Shown: positions 21,641-30,905, counted from the first letter of the stretch. The stretch is DNA of 64,000 nucleotides from Alphaproteobacteria bacterium (GCA_031426355.1 JANPLD010000068.1:71477-135476), one strand, 5' to 3'. Made by a program: numbers and translations. The notes: generated by a model from the letters alone, not told the origin.

Positions 21641-22609
21641 TTAAAAAGCCTCGAAAGCATCTTCCCAAGTTCCCTGAGTTGCAGCCTTGGTATATTCTGT
21701 TACGCGGTTCTCGAAGAAGTTTGCGTGTTCTACACCGTTAAGGATCTCATCCATCCATGGAAGCGGATTTCTGCTGGTGCCATACATAGGTTGAAGTTCA
21801 AGCTGCATTAACCTTCTATCTGCGATATAGCGGAGGTAATTTTTTACATCTTTAGATGTTAAGCCTTGGATCGAGCCTTCGATATTAAATGCCAGATCAA
21901 CAAACGCGTCTTCATGGGTAATTATCGTGTCGCAGATCTTATATAATCTTTTGTTGAGTTCTTCGCGGTCGATCTCCGGATTTTCTTTTACGAAAGTATG
22001 GAATAACCTGATGATGGAATTAGTGTGAAGTGATTCATCACGAACAGACCATGTAACAATCTGCCCCATTCCTTTCATTTTACCGAAGCGAGGGAAGTTC
22101 ATGAGTATCGCGAATGAACCGAATAATTGCAGGCCTTCTGTGAAGGCACCGAACGCTGCAAGAGTAGTTGCTATATTAATGTTTGAATCAACATTGAACT
22201 GCTGCATGTAATCATATTTATCTTTCATTTCCTTATATTTCAGGAACTCAGAATACATAGTTTCAGGCATCCCCACGGTATCGATCAAGTGAGAATAAGC
22301 ATCAATATGAATAGTTTCCATATTAGAAAATGCTGCGAGCATCATCTGAATTTCAGTTGGCTGAAATACGCGGGAATAGTGCCTCATGTAACAGTTATTC
22401 ACTTCGATATCTGCTTGCGTGAAGAAACGGAATATCTGCGTAAGAAGTTGTTTTTCTTGCGGAGTAAGATTATTTTTCCAGTCTTTTACGTCATCGCCCA
22501 TTGGCACTTCTTCAGGGAGCCAGTGGATACGCTGCTGCGTCAACCATGCTTCATATGCCCAAGGATAGTTGAATGGTTTGAATATTGGTTCTGCTTTTAA
22601 GAGTGACAT
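21641..22609 (-). CDS. nrdB: Ribonucleoside-diphosphate reductase beta subunit (class I R2)
   Basis: 322 aa with the R2 ferritin-like fold signature (…FFTQADIEVNN…, SNMETIHIDAYSHLI, FGAFTEGLQLFGSFA, VRDESLHTN). Confidence 0.93.
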   Translation of the reverse strand: MSLLKAEPIFKPFNYPWAYEAWLTQQRIHWLPEEVPMGDDVKDWKNNLTPQEKQLLTQIFRFFTQADIEVNNCYMRHYSRVFQPTEIQMMLAAFSNMETIHIDAYSHLIDTVGMPETMYSEFLKYKEMKDKYDYMQQFNVDSNINIATTLAAFGAFTEGLQLFGSFAILMNFPRFGKMKGMGQIVTWSVRDESLHTNSIIRLFHTFVKENPEIDREELNKRLYKICDTIITHEDAFVDLAFNIEGSIQGLTSKDVKNYLRYIADRRLMQLELQPMYGTSRNPLPWMDEILNGVEHANFFENRVTEYTKAATQGTWEDAFEAF

Positions 22610-22616
22610 AAAATCC

Positions 22617-22668
22617 TAGAGTTTAGTGGTTAGAATTTAGTGGTCAGAAAACTAACTACTAAACTCTA
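22617..22668. repeat. Intercistronic repeat/hairpin element A (AGAGTTTAG family), between the glycosyltransferase-like stop and the nrdB start
   Basis: Plus strand TAGAGTTTAGTGGTTAG (22617..22633) pairs 16/17 with CTAACTACTAAACTCTA (22652..22668). Direct copies AGAGTTTAG (22618..22626) and AGAATTTAG (22632..22640) are 14 nt apart. It shares a 22/28-nt block with the element at 62632..62692. Confidence 0.6.
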
Positions 22669-23658
22669 ATTACTATTTACTAAATCAACCATATCTTGTG
22701 TAATATTTTTTGAGTTATACAACATATGGTATTTATTCCAACCTTTTTCTGCGATCAGATTTCTCTTCCCTTTATCTATTGTAAACTTCTGTATCTTTTC
22801 TGCAAGGTCTTCCCATTCACTATAATACACCGCTTCAACATCTGGCTCAAACATGGTTTGCAGCTGAGTTTTTTCGTGGATGATAGTAAGCAGGCCATTA
22901 CCAAATATCTGCGCGATCCTGTCAGAGGAATAAAGTGGCGGCTGATAAATATCTTCCACAAATTGCGGAAGATTTAAACCAGTATGGCACTTACGCATTT
23001 CGTCTAAATATTTCTGGCCGTAAGTAATATCCTTTCCCCATAAACCAAGAACATTGAATTTCACTTCGGGAAGATTTGTTTTCACGTAATGCAGGGTTGG
23101 TGTCCGGTAATCACCGCGACCACCAAAAAATATATCATATTCATGATCGGTTTTTTCAAAGCCTTTACCAGTATCTATTGAGCTATCAACCGGATTTGGA
23201 ATGTAGGAAACTTTTAATTCAGGATTTACTTTTTTAAAATCATTTAGCTGGTCGCCGGAAGTTGTAAGAAATAATGCATCTAAAACCGCGGCACGTTCGA
23301 GCAGATATTTTTTTATATGCTCAACCCATAACGCGTCGACATTTATTTCTGCGATCTTTATATTTTTATTTTCTTCCCTGATGATCTGTAGCGTCTCATT
23401 TCTTATCATGTCACAATGAGAAAGAAAAATAATTTCAGGTTTTAATTCCCGAACAGTTTTAATAAGTTTTTTATTTACTGAATTCTCGGAACCAAAACGC
23501 GATTTAAAAAAACCTTCCTGCCTTGCAAGATCACGATTTGAAAATTGGTATACGGAATGGTTATTTCTGATGAGGCCGAAATAGAATTTATAATCACAAT
23601 TATAAAACTGGTGATAATTTTTCTTATATCCGAAATTTCCTACAAATAATATCTTCAC
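22666..23658 (-). CDS. Glycosyltransferase-like protein (CgeB/DUF3880-like, GT-B fold suspected)
   Basis: 330 aa with a GTG start. MKILFVGNFGY... and the overall length and pattern resemble CgeB-type glycosyltransferases. The assignment is tentative. Confidence 0.45.
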   Translation of the reverse strand: MKILFVGNFGYKKNYHQFYNCDYKFYFGLIRNNHSVYQFSNRDLARQEGFFKSRFGSENSVNKKLIKTVRELKPEIIFLSHCDMIRNETLQIIREENKNIKIAEINVDALWVEHIKKYLLERAAVLDALFLTTSGDQLNDFKKVNPELKVSYIPNPVDSSIDTGKGFEKTDHEYDIFFGGRGDYRTPTLHYVKTNLPEVKFNVLGLWGKDITYGQKYLDEMRKCHTGLNLPQFVEDIYQPPLYSSDRIAQIFGNGLLTIIHEKTQLQTMFEPDVEAVYYSEWEDLAEKIQKFTIDKGKRNLIAEKGWNKYHMLYNSKNITQDMVDLVNSN

Positions 23659-23733
23659 AACTTCGTTGATTTTGTTTTCTTAGAGAAAATATAGGAAATA
23701 AAAATTATCTACACAAAATAAAGCATAAAAAAA

Positions 23734-23756
23734 GGCCCGGGAAATATCCTCGGGCC
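23734..23756 (-). terminator. Intrinsic terminator downstream of the 29-aa Lys/Ala-rich ORF
   Basis: GGCCCG (23734..23739) pairs with CGGGCC (23751..23756). The plus-strand A7 at 23727..23733 gives U7 after the hairpin on the minus strand. Confidence 0.7.
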
Positions 23757-23788
23757 TGTATATGTTTAAGAACCAGTAGAGCTCTTAA

Positions 23789-23878
23789 CTATTTTCTTTT
23801 AGCAGCAGTTTTTTTAGCAGCTGGTTTCTTAGCAGGTGCTTTTTTAGCAGCTGGTTTTTTCTTTGCTTTTGCAGCCAT
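23789..23878 (-). CDS. Small basic Lys/Ala-rich protein (histone-H1-like AKKP repeats), 29 aa
   Basis: Not in the ORF track because it is under 60 aa. The minus strand reads GGAGGAAACT-ATG GCT GCA AAA GCA AAG AAA AAA CCA GCT GCT AAA ... TAG, giving MAAKAKKKPAAKKAPAKKPAAKKTAAKRK. Strong SD and a GC-rich terminator about 30 nt downstream. Confidence 0.6.
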   Translation of the reverse strand: MAAKAKKKPAAKKAPAKKPAAKKTAAKRK

Positions 23879-24262
23879 AGTTTCCTCCATTTGTTTTTAA
23901 AAACAGATTTTAACATCTGTTCCCGAAAATAATTTTTCGGCGTACTTGGCATAAATACTTTCGTGCCGTTCCTGAATTTAAATATAACAAAAGTTTTTGT
24001 TTATAGGAAGTGTGAATATGCAATTTCCAATGCAGAATTTATCTTTATTCACGATTTGTGTGTTTTTAAACACAGAAGATATTTTGTTGTTCGAATTTAA
24101 AATATTTTTCTGTTTTTTAAACCTCTTGAAACAATATATTTTCTGCGCGTTACAGAAGGTAGAAGAAAAATATTTATTTTAGAATGAAAAATAAACTTCT
24201 TGGTCAGAAAGTTTTTTGGCCGGAAAAGTTTTTGTTCCGATTTATCAAAACTTTTAGGTAAA

Positions 24263-25006
24263 TTATTGCTGATCAGAATTATTTATTGTGTCCTGAACGG
24301 TCGAATCAGTAATTCCTTTTCCCTGTTTTATCATGTCAATTACCTGCTGTTCACTGAAGCCTTCTGCTTTTAATTTCTGCGCGAAAGCTTTTATTTGTTC
24401 AGGAGTTATTTTAAAATTTTCCGGCAGATTACTTACCGTTCCCTGAGCTGCGTCATTAAGAGGAGATGCGATAGCTGCCTGATTTTCTGATGCTTTGGAA
24501 CCAAGTTTTACGCCAAGATCCTGCGCAATCTTCAGCGCGTCATCATCAAGAACATCTTTCATAAGATCAGATCCGGATTTGGTAATTTCATAAGTTTGTC
24601 CCGCTTTGAGCCAGTCAGGATCTTCACCATCAAACGCGGAGTTAATACCAAAATGGACACCGGAAACAATCAGCACACCCATAACAAGACCAAGTATTAC
24701 ACCAAGCGCCCTATCAACCAGGTTACCAACTATCGCCGTGAAAGCTGCCGAAATTAATTTGCAAATAATTGACAGAACAATGAGGGAAACAACATATATA
24801 CCGATAACTGAAATTGCATTCACCGCAACTGATGGCTGGACAATCTCACTAACTGCATCTTTTGCGATCGGGTAAAGCAGCATTGAAACTATAAATGCGC
24901 CGTACCATTTAAACATTGAAAGGACAGTTCCTATCCCGCCTTTTATAAGGCCGTAAGTGATGAAAATTAATACAATGACGGAAACGATAATGTCAAAATT
25001 GGTCAC
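24263..25006 (-). CDS. cvpA: CvpA-family membrane protein with C-terminal soluble extension
   Basis: FDIIVSVIVLIFITYGLIKGGIGTVLSMFKWYGAFIVSMLLYP plus further TM helices match CvpA. 247 aa. Confidence 0.75.
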   Translation of the reverse strand: MTNFDIIVSVIVLIFITYGLIKGGIGTVLSMFKWYGAFIVSMLLYPIAKDAVSEIVQPSVAVNAISVIGIYVVSLIVLSIICKLISAAFTAIVGNLVDRALGVILGLVMGVLIVSGVHFGINSAFDGEDPDWLKAGQTYEITKSGSDLMKDVLDDDALKIAQDLGVKLGSKASENQAAIASPLNDAAQGTVSNLPENFKITPEQIKAFAQKLKAEGFSEQQVIDMIKQGKGITDSTVQDTINNSDQQ

Positions 25007-25045
25007 GGCTGGAATAGTTTGGTTTATGAAAACAATCTAAGATTC

Positions 25046-28000
25046 TTAGCCAACAACAGCAAGTGAAATTTCGATCGTGTCTTTTTCTATCTCATAACTC
25101 TGCGAGAATTTTGCAAGTTTGTTACCTTCCATATCAAGAGAGTTTGCGAGCGTCTGTTCACAGATATAATTATTATTTGCGGCAACGGCCTGCTTATAAT
25201 TTTCAGGAAGTTTGAGAGATAAATTAATCCTGTCACTTATATTAAGGTCTGCTTCCTTACGGGCCTGCTGTATAAGACGAACAACATCACGCGCTATGCC
25301 TTCTTCGATAAGTTCAGGGGTTAAATTGAGATCAAGAATCACTAGCGCATCGTTAGTTGAAAGTGCGCTGGCACCTTTTTTATCTTTTGGTTCTAGTAAT
25401 AATTCACATTCTTCTTTCTCTAATATCTCGTCAGCAATTTTAACCCTGCCATCAGGAAGTTTTTCCCATTGGTTTGCTTTTGATGCAGGGATTATCTGTT
25501 TCACTTTATCAGGTAATCTTTTTCCAAGAACAGGAAAATTTATTTTTAGTTTATGTTCCGCATATTTATTAATATCGTAATCTAATGAAAAGCCTTTAAC
25601 GTTTATCTCATCCGCAATTATTGCAGCAGCTAAAGCATTTACTTCAAGTTCTTTTGGTATTATTTTACTGACAATTGTTAGATGTCCTAGAGGCTGTCTG
25701 ACTCTTATATTTTCCTTATTCCTAATGCTAAGAGCTGTATTACAAACATCTCGGATGAAATCCATTGAAGATATTAATTCGCTTTCATCTTTCACTTTTG
25801 AAACATCAGGGAATTTTTCCAGATGCACAGACTCTTTTCCAGTCAAACCTTTGAATATTTCTTCGGAAGTAAATGGCATTAATGGAGACGCCGCCTGACA
25901 TAAAGTTACCAAACAAGTATATAGGGTACTATAGGCTGATATCTTTTCTTTGCTTTCATTTGATTCCCAGAATCTTTCGCGGCTTCTTCTGATGTACCAG
26001 TTATTTAAAACTTCGAAGAAGTCTTCGACTGCTTTACATGCGGTTTGGGTATTATAAGAATCAAGTGAAGATTTAATTTGCTCAACAGCATTTTTGAGTT
26101 TCGCGAGAATATATTTGTCTAATAAATTCTCGGAAGAGAAATTTATTTCTGCTTTGATGCCATCGCTGTTGGCATAGAGGCAAAAGAAGTGGTAAGCGTT
26201 CCAGATTGGTTTTAATACTAAACGAACGATCTCTTTTATATCATCACCTGATTTGGATATTGTAAGTTCTCCACCATTCATCACTGGAGACGATATCATC
26301 ATCCAGCGCATTGCGTCTGCGCCAAGCGTATTGAATACTTCTACAGGGTCAGGATAATTTTTAAGGCGTTTGGAAAGTTTTTGTTTTTCCATTGCGCCGG
26401 TATTAGGATTTTTCATTGGCTCGCCAAGTATCACGCCGTGGCAGATGCAATTCTTGAATGGTATCTCATCAAAAAGCGCAGTTGAAAGAACCATCAATGT
26501 ATAGAACCAGCCGCGGGTCTGCGCGGAATATTCTACGATGAAATCGGCGGGGAAGCGTGATTTGAATTTATCCTGATTCTCGAACGGATAGTGGAATTGC
26601 GCGAAAGGCATGCTGCCAGATTCAAACCAGCAATCCAGAACTTCAGGAACTCTCTTTATCGTAAATTTTGGATTCTCCGGATCAGGTTTTGTGAGTTCAT
26701 CTATGTAAGGGCGATGAAGATCATTTACTTTTGTACCGAAGAATTCTTCTATTTCTTTTATTGAACCGAAAACATAAAGTTTCTTGCTTTGCGGATCATT
26801 ACTGCGCCAGATAGGAATTGGCGCGCCCCAAAATCGGTTGCGGGATATTGCCCAGTCATGGGCGTTCTCCAGCCATTTGCCGAACTGGCCGTCTCGGATG
26901 TGGTCAGGTATCCAGTTTATTTTCTGGTTGAGTTCTACCATCCTGTCTTTGAACGCGGTAACTTTCACATACCAGCTTGGTATGGCGCGATAGATAAGCG
27001 GAGTATCCGTTCTCCAGCAATGCGGATAATTATGTTTGTAGTCTTCTTCCTTGATCACCTGATTACTATTCTTCAGGTATTTCACGATGCGGAGATTTGC
27101 TAACCCATATTTTTTTAACTGGTCTTCCTTATAAGGTTCGTCCTCTGACTTATTAGTTTCAGCGATCACATTTAAATGGTAAAGTTTGAGCTCAGGGATA
27201 TCAAAAATATCTGCTGTGAATTTTCCAGCTTCATCAACCGGACATATTATGCCGCCGCTATCAGGTAAGCATATTCCATTCTCCTGACAAACGCGCTGAT
27301 CGTCTTCACCGAAACCCGGGGCTAGATGTACTATACCTGTACCATCAGCGTCAGAAACAAAATCACCTTCTAGTATAGTAAATGCTTTTGCACCTCTCTG
27401 TTTTGTATATTTCTCACCTGCGAAATATGGGAGGAGTGGTTTGTATTTTAAGCCTACCAATTTTTCAGCGCCCATAGTGGAGAGAACTTCTATATCAGCT
27501 TCATCAAAATATTTGGCAACTGCATTGCCGCTTAATATGTAAACATTATCGCCTTTTCTTATGGCTTTATATTTAACATCTTTACCAACTGCTAAAGCTA
27601 AGTTTGAAGGAAGTGTCCACGGAGTTGTCGTCCATGCGAGAACGAATACTTTATTAACTGAGATATCTAGCCCAACTATTGATTCCTCTTCCAGCTCAAA
27701 CGCAACTGTTATCGCTTTGCTTATTTTCTCACGGTAAGCGTTATCTAAACGCGTTTCAAAATTCGAGAGTGGGGTTTCAGCGGCCCATGAATATGGCATA
27801 ACTTTATGGCCTTCATACACCAATCCCTTTTTATATAATTCGGAGAAGGCCCAGATGACGGATTCGATGTAATTCTTATCCATCGTCTTATAACCGTTAT
27901 CGAAATCTACCCAGCGGCCAACGCGGTTAACATATTCCTTCCACTCGCTCGTATATTTCATCACTGATGTGCGGCAGGTATTATTGAATTTCTCTATACC

Positions 28001-28354
28001 ATATTCCTGAATGGCGATCTGGCCTTGTATGCCGAGCTCCTTTTCAGCTTCCATCTCTGCTGGTAAACCATGGCAATCCCAACCGAAAACGCGTTCGGTA
28101 TGTTCGCCTGTCATAGTATGATACCGCGCATAAAGGTCTTTCACACATGATGTGAGCAAATGCCCGTAGTGCGGCAGGCCATTGGCAAATGGCGGGCCAT
28201 CAAAGAAGGAAAATTCTTTCCCGTTATTTTTTTTGTCCGGAAGATTCTCAACGGATTTCTGGAAAATATTATTCTCCAGCCAGAATTTCTGGATCTTTTT
28301 CTCTATTTCAGGAAAATTCGGGGATGATGTTGTTTCGGGATAATGTTTAGACAT
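25046..28354 (-). CDS. ileS: Isoleucine--tRNA ligase, eukaryote-like type 2
   Basis: 1102 aa. Contains FSFFDGPPFANGLPHYGHLL (the type-2 HIGH region) and KLSKRLKNYPDP (KMSKS). Confidence 0.96.
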   Translation of the reverse strand: MSKHYPETTSSPNFPEIEKKIQKFWLENNIFQKSVENLPDKKNNGKEFSFFDGPPFANGLPHYGHLLTSCVKDLYARYHTMTGEHTERVFGWDCHGLPAEMEAEKELGIQGQIAIQEYGIEKFNNTCRTSVMKYTSEWKEYVNRVGRWVDFDNGYKTMDKNYIESVIWAFSELYKKGLVYEGHKVMPYSWAAETPLSNFETRLDNAYREKISKAITVAFELEEESIVGLDISVNKVFVLAWTTTPWTLPSNLALAVGKDVKYKAIRKGDNVYILSGNAVAKYFDEADIEVLSTMGAEKLVGLKYKPLLPYFAGEKYTKQRGAKAFTILEGDFVSDADGTGIVHLAPGFGEDDQRVCQENGICLPDSGGIICPVDEAGKFTADIFDIPELKLYHLNVIAETNKSEDEPYKEDQLKKYGLANLRIVKYLKNSNQVIKEEDYKHNYPHCWRTDTPLIYRAIPSWYVKVTAFKDRMVELNQKINWIPDHIRDGQFGKWLENAHDWAISRNRFWGAPIPIWRSNDPQSKKLYVFGSIKEIEEFFGTKVNDLHRPYIDELTKPDPENPKFTIKRVPEVLDCWFESGSMPFAQFHYPFENQDKFKSRFPADFIVEYSAQTRGWFYTLMVLSTALFDEIPFKNCICHGVILGEPMKNPNTGAMEKQKLSKRLKNYPDPVEVFNTLGADAMRWMMISSPVMNGGELTISKSGDDIKEIVRLVLKPIWNAYHFFCLYANSDGIKAEINFSSENLLDKYILAKLKNAVEQIKSSLDSYNTQTACKAVEDFFEVLNNWYIRRSRERFWESNESKEKISAYSTLYTCLVTLCQAASPLMPFTSEEIFKGLTGKESVHLEKFPDVSKVKDESELISSMDFIRDVCNTALSIRNKENIRVRQPLGHLTIVSKIIPKELEVNALAAAIIADEINVKGFSLDYDINKYAEHKLKINFPVLGKRLPDKVKQIIPASKANQWEKLPDGRVKIADEILEKEECELLLEPKDKKGASALSTNDALVILDLNLTPELIEEGIARDVVRLIQQARKEADLNISDRINLSLKLPENYKQAVAANNNYICEQTLANSLDMEGNKLAKFSQSYEIEKDTIEISLAVVG

Positions 28355-28428
28355 TTAATTTATTGTAAATTTGTGAGATTTCTGGCTTTATTTAAACCAT
28401 ATACATTAAATAGACAACAAAATTTGAT

Positions 28429-28713
28429 ATGGCAACTTCACCACTTGATGATCTTAAATACCTGGAAAATCTTTCAGGATTTGTAAGAAAAAATAGGTAT
28501 CCAATTATACTTATAACTCTTGCTGCTACTACCTGCCTTTCACCTTGCTCAAGTAAAAAGCAAGAACCTCAACAAAATTATCCACAGATGCATGAGGAGT
28601 TATTTGAAGAATTACGGCAAATCTCTAGTAACCCCCCAGAAATTCCTGTAACCACTTTATCCCACCTCTTATCTGAAAGTGCAAAGCGGCTCGGAAGAGC
28701 TTTGTTTAAATAA
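28429..28713 (+). CDS. Hypothetical protein (weak call)
   Basis: 94-aa ORF filling the ileS/DUF2336 gap. It has one hydrophobic stretch, no SD and no recognisable motif. Confidence 0.3.
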   Translation: MATSPLDDLKYLENLSGFVRKNRYPIILITLAATTCLSPCSSKKQEPQQNYPQMHEELFEELRQISSNPPEIPVTTLSHLLSESAKRLGRALFK

Positions 28714-28731
28714 GCAAAGAACGTAGCTTTG

Positions 28732-29967
28732 TTACCACTCGCCTTGCGCCCTATCGACGTGCTTCTTGACGATTGAGATGAAGCTGGAGAGATTCTTGAT
28801 CTTCTTGCCTTGTGATAATGTGATTATCTTTTTGATATATTCGTGAAGGTCTTGATGGGAGCGCGGGGTGCCGAATTTCTCTGCTTCGGTATCCATTTGG
28901 TTTATTACCCATATTGAAAAGCGCACTGCGTCAAATAAAGCTTCCGGCAGACCGGCGCGGTCGTAGAGGGCTTTGAGGCCGTGATCCAGATCAATAACGA
29001 GCTTGCGGATGTTTGAGAATTTTACACCAGTGATACGAGACATGCATATCTCGAACATGGTCTTATTACCAAGGGCAATGGCTGAAACGGGCACGAACTG
29101 GCCGATCGGTTCAAAATCATTTAATACAAAAGTAAGTTTACCATGAAGCGGGTCAAGTGCTTGCTCCAGTTGGTTATTGGATTCCAGCATGTTGATCAAC
29201 TCAAGAAGGTCATCTCCGAATATTTTCATGTTACCGAAGCGGAAGGCAGCTATCTCGCCTGATTCCTTGAAGAGTGAATTTATCTTGTCAAAGTTACAGC
29301 TATATTTTTTCTCGAGCTTGCCACGGATAGCCTGCGAAACTTTTTTAGTGATGTTGACCACGATATCAGGCGGGATGGAACCCCTGGTTATCATCGATTC
29401 AATTATTTCTTCCTTGCTGGCGTGGTTATCAACTATCTTATTGTAGTCGCCTTCACTTATCTGGGCAGAAGCATTATCAAGGAGGTTTTCAACAACAACA
29501 GGTTTGTTGGTCTCAACCAGAGCGCCTGCGACCTTCTGGGATAGGCCTTCCCTGTGGGCAATGGCTATCTGAGGGGCTTCGCTTTTGGAATTCTTGATTA
29601 TGTCTACGAGGTCATCATCAGTCAGCAGTTCTGAGAATTCAAGTATAGGGCGGGATACATCATCTATATCCTTGGCAAGGGAAAGCAGGATATCCCTTGG
29701 AACCGCATCTGAGTTCATCAGATTTTCTGACAAGGATTTCCTTACCCCGATTTCAGAATATTTAAGAAGGAGGCGGAATATCTCTTCAGCTAATCCTTTC
29801 TCCTTAGAACCAAAACTTCTTGTGGCATATTGACCAGATATTTTGTCAATAACCTTAACTTTGGCCTCAACATCCTTACTTTGGGTTAGCATTTGCACGT
29901 CTTCGTGGGTGAGTCTCTCTTCGCTCATTCGCTTTTCGCCGACCTTCTTTTTTAATATATCTAACAT
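28732..29967 (-). CDS. DUF2336-family protein
   Basis: 411 aa of helical-repeat-like sequence (…AEEIFRLLLKYSEIGVRKSLSENLMNSDAVPRDILLSLAKDIDDVSRPILEFSELLTDDDLVDII…). It resembles alphaproteobacterial DUF2336 proteins. Confidence 0.55.
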   Translation of the reverse strand: MLDILKKKVGEKRMSEERLTHEDVQMLTQSKDVEAKVKVIDKISGQYATRSFGSKEKGLAEEIFRLLLKYSEIGVRKSLSENLMNSDAVPRDILLSLAKDIDDVSRPILEFSELLTDDDLVDIIKNSKSEAPQIAIAHREGLSQKVAGALVETNKPVVVENLLDNASAQISEGDYNKIVDNHASKEEIIESMITRGSIPPDIVVNITKKVSQAIRGKLEKKYSCNFDKINSLFKESGEIAAFRFGNMKIFGDDLLELINMLESNNQLEQALDPLHGKLTFVLNDFEPIGQFVPVSAIALGNKTMFEICMSRITGVKFSNIRKLVIDLDHGLKALYDRAGLPEALFDAVRFSIWVINQMDTEAEKFGTPRSHQDLHEYIKKIITLSQGKKIKNLSSFISIVKKHVDRAQGEW

Positions 29968-30152
29968 AGCTCTCTAATATAAGGAAAAATACAAATTTTT
30001 GTATAACTGGCCTGTTACTACTATAATAATTATAGTTTGCAACATATTAGGCCCACCTGTCAAACCTTGCGAATTTACTAGGTTCTAAGCTGGATATAGG
30101 TATAAAAGCCCCTATATCTATGGGGATGATAATATATTGTCAAAAATTTTGG

Positions 30153-30180
30153 TTGCAATCAAGGAATTCACCTTTATTAT
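30153..30180 (+). promoter_or_regulatory. Candidate sigma70-type promoter of rpsF-rpsR-rplI
   Basis: TTGCAA (30153..30158), a 16-nt spacer, then TATTAT (30175..30180). This is 43 nt upstream of the rpsF ATG. Confidence 0.4.
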
Positions 30181-30222
30181 GCGCGCCTCAAATTAATAGA
30201 TAAAAGATAACATTTTTACCAT

Positions 30223-30546
30223 ATGGCACTATACGAAACAACATTGATCTTACGCCCTGACCTAGCTCAGGCAGACGTTGAGAAAACCATGGCAGCTTTT
30301 GAAGAAATCATATCTTCTGACGGCGGCAAGATCGTTAAAAAAGAATTCTGGGGCCTGAGAGATCTGGCTTACAAGATCAAAAAAAGCAAAAAAGGTCACT
30401 ATGTACACCTTGGTATTGATGCTAAACCTGCAACAGTTACTGAACTCCGCAGGAAAATTGGTATCAGCGAAGAAGTTATAAGGGATCTTACTATAAATGT
30501 TGAGAGGATATCTAAAGATGCCGCTCACCTTGACAGCGAAGATTAA
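30223..30546 (+). CDS. rpsF: 30S ribosomal protein S6
   Basis: MALYETTLILRPDL...KKEFWGLRDLAYKIKK is the S6 signature. Confidence 0.96.
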   Translation: MALYETTLILRPDLAQADVEKTMAAFEEIISSDGGKIVKKEFWGLRDLAYKIKKSKKGHYVHLGIDAKPATVTELRRKIGISEEVIRDLTINVERISKDAAHLDSED

Positions 30547-30576
30547 TCTTAACAAATAACAACACCGGTAATAATT

Positions 30577-30888
30577 ATGGCACCTCCTCCTAGAAAAAAT
30601 AATAGAAACGGTAGAAATAAAGATGCGGCGAATAACCCGAACTTTATGATCAACCCTGCGATGTTACCACAGGTTTTCTCGAAAAGATCTAGAGCTTGTC
30701 CACTTTCTGGCGAGAACAGCCCTATCGTTGATTACAAAAACATAGCTCTGCTCACAAAATTCGTTTCTGAAAGAGGCAAGATCCTTCCTAGAAGGATATC
30801 TTCTGTAAGTTCTAAAAAACAAAGGGCCCTTGCAAATGCTATTAAAAGAGCGCGTACACTTGCTCTTCTCCCTTATGTAAGCAATTAA
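30577..30888 (+). CDS. rpsR: 30S ribosomal protein S18
   Basis: …[50 protein letters not shown] is the S18 signature. Confidence 0.95.
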   Translation: MAPPPRKNNRNGRNKDAANNPNFMINPAMLPQVFSKRSRACPLSGENSPIVDYKNIALLTKFVSERGKILPRRISSVSSKKQRALANAIKRARTLALLPYVSN

Positions 30889-30905
30889 TAATAATAGTAA
30901 GTACA

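Noticed and set aside
22617-22668. The nrdB/nrdR upstream elements considered as canonical NrdR boxes.
   Set aside because: No 16-bp palindrome resembling acaCwAtATaTwGtgt can be aligned, and the repeats are direct with 14-nt spacing. They are reported as a distinct element instead.
23997-24182. A 61-aa plus-strand ORF in the long cvpA/mini-gene spacer.
   Set aside because: It has a TTG start, no SD, and a Phe/Leu/Ile/Cys-rich translation typical of AT-rich non-coding DNA.
29968-30222. Hairpin GATATAGG…CCTATATC and neighbouring stems upstream of rpsF, considered as an S6:S18 autoregulatory leader.
   Set aside because: The hairpin lies upstream of the best promoter candidate (30153..30180), so it is probably not in the mRNA leader. 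Without a covariance-model scan the assignment cannot be supported.
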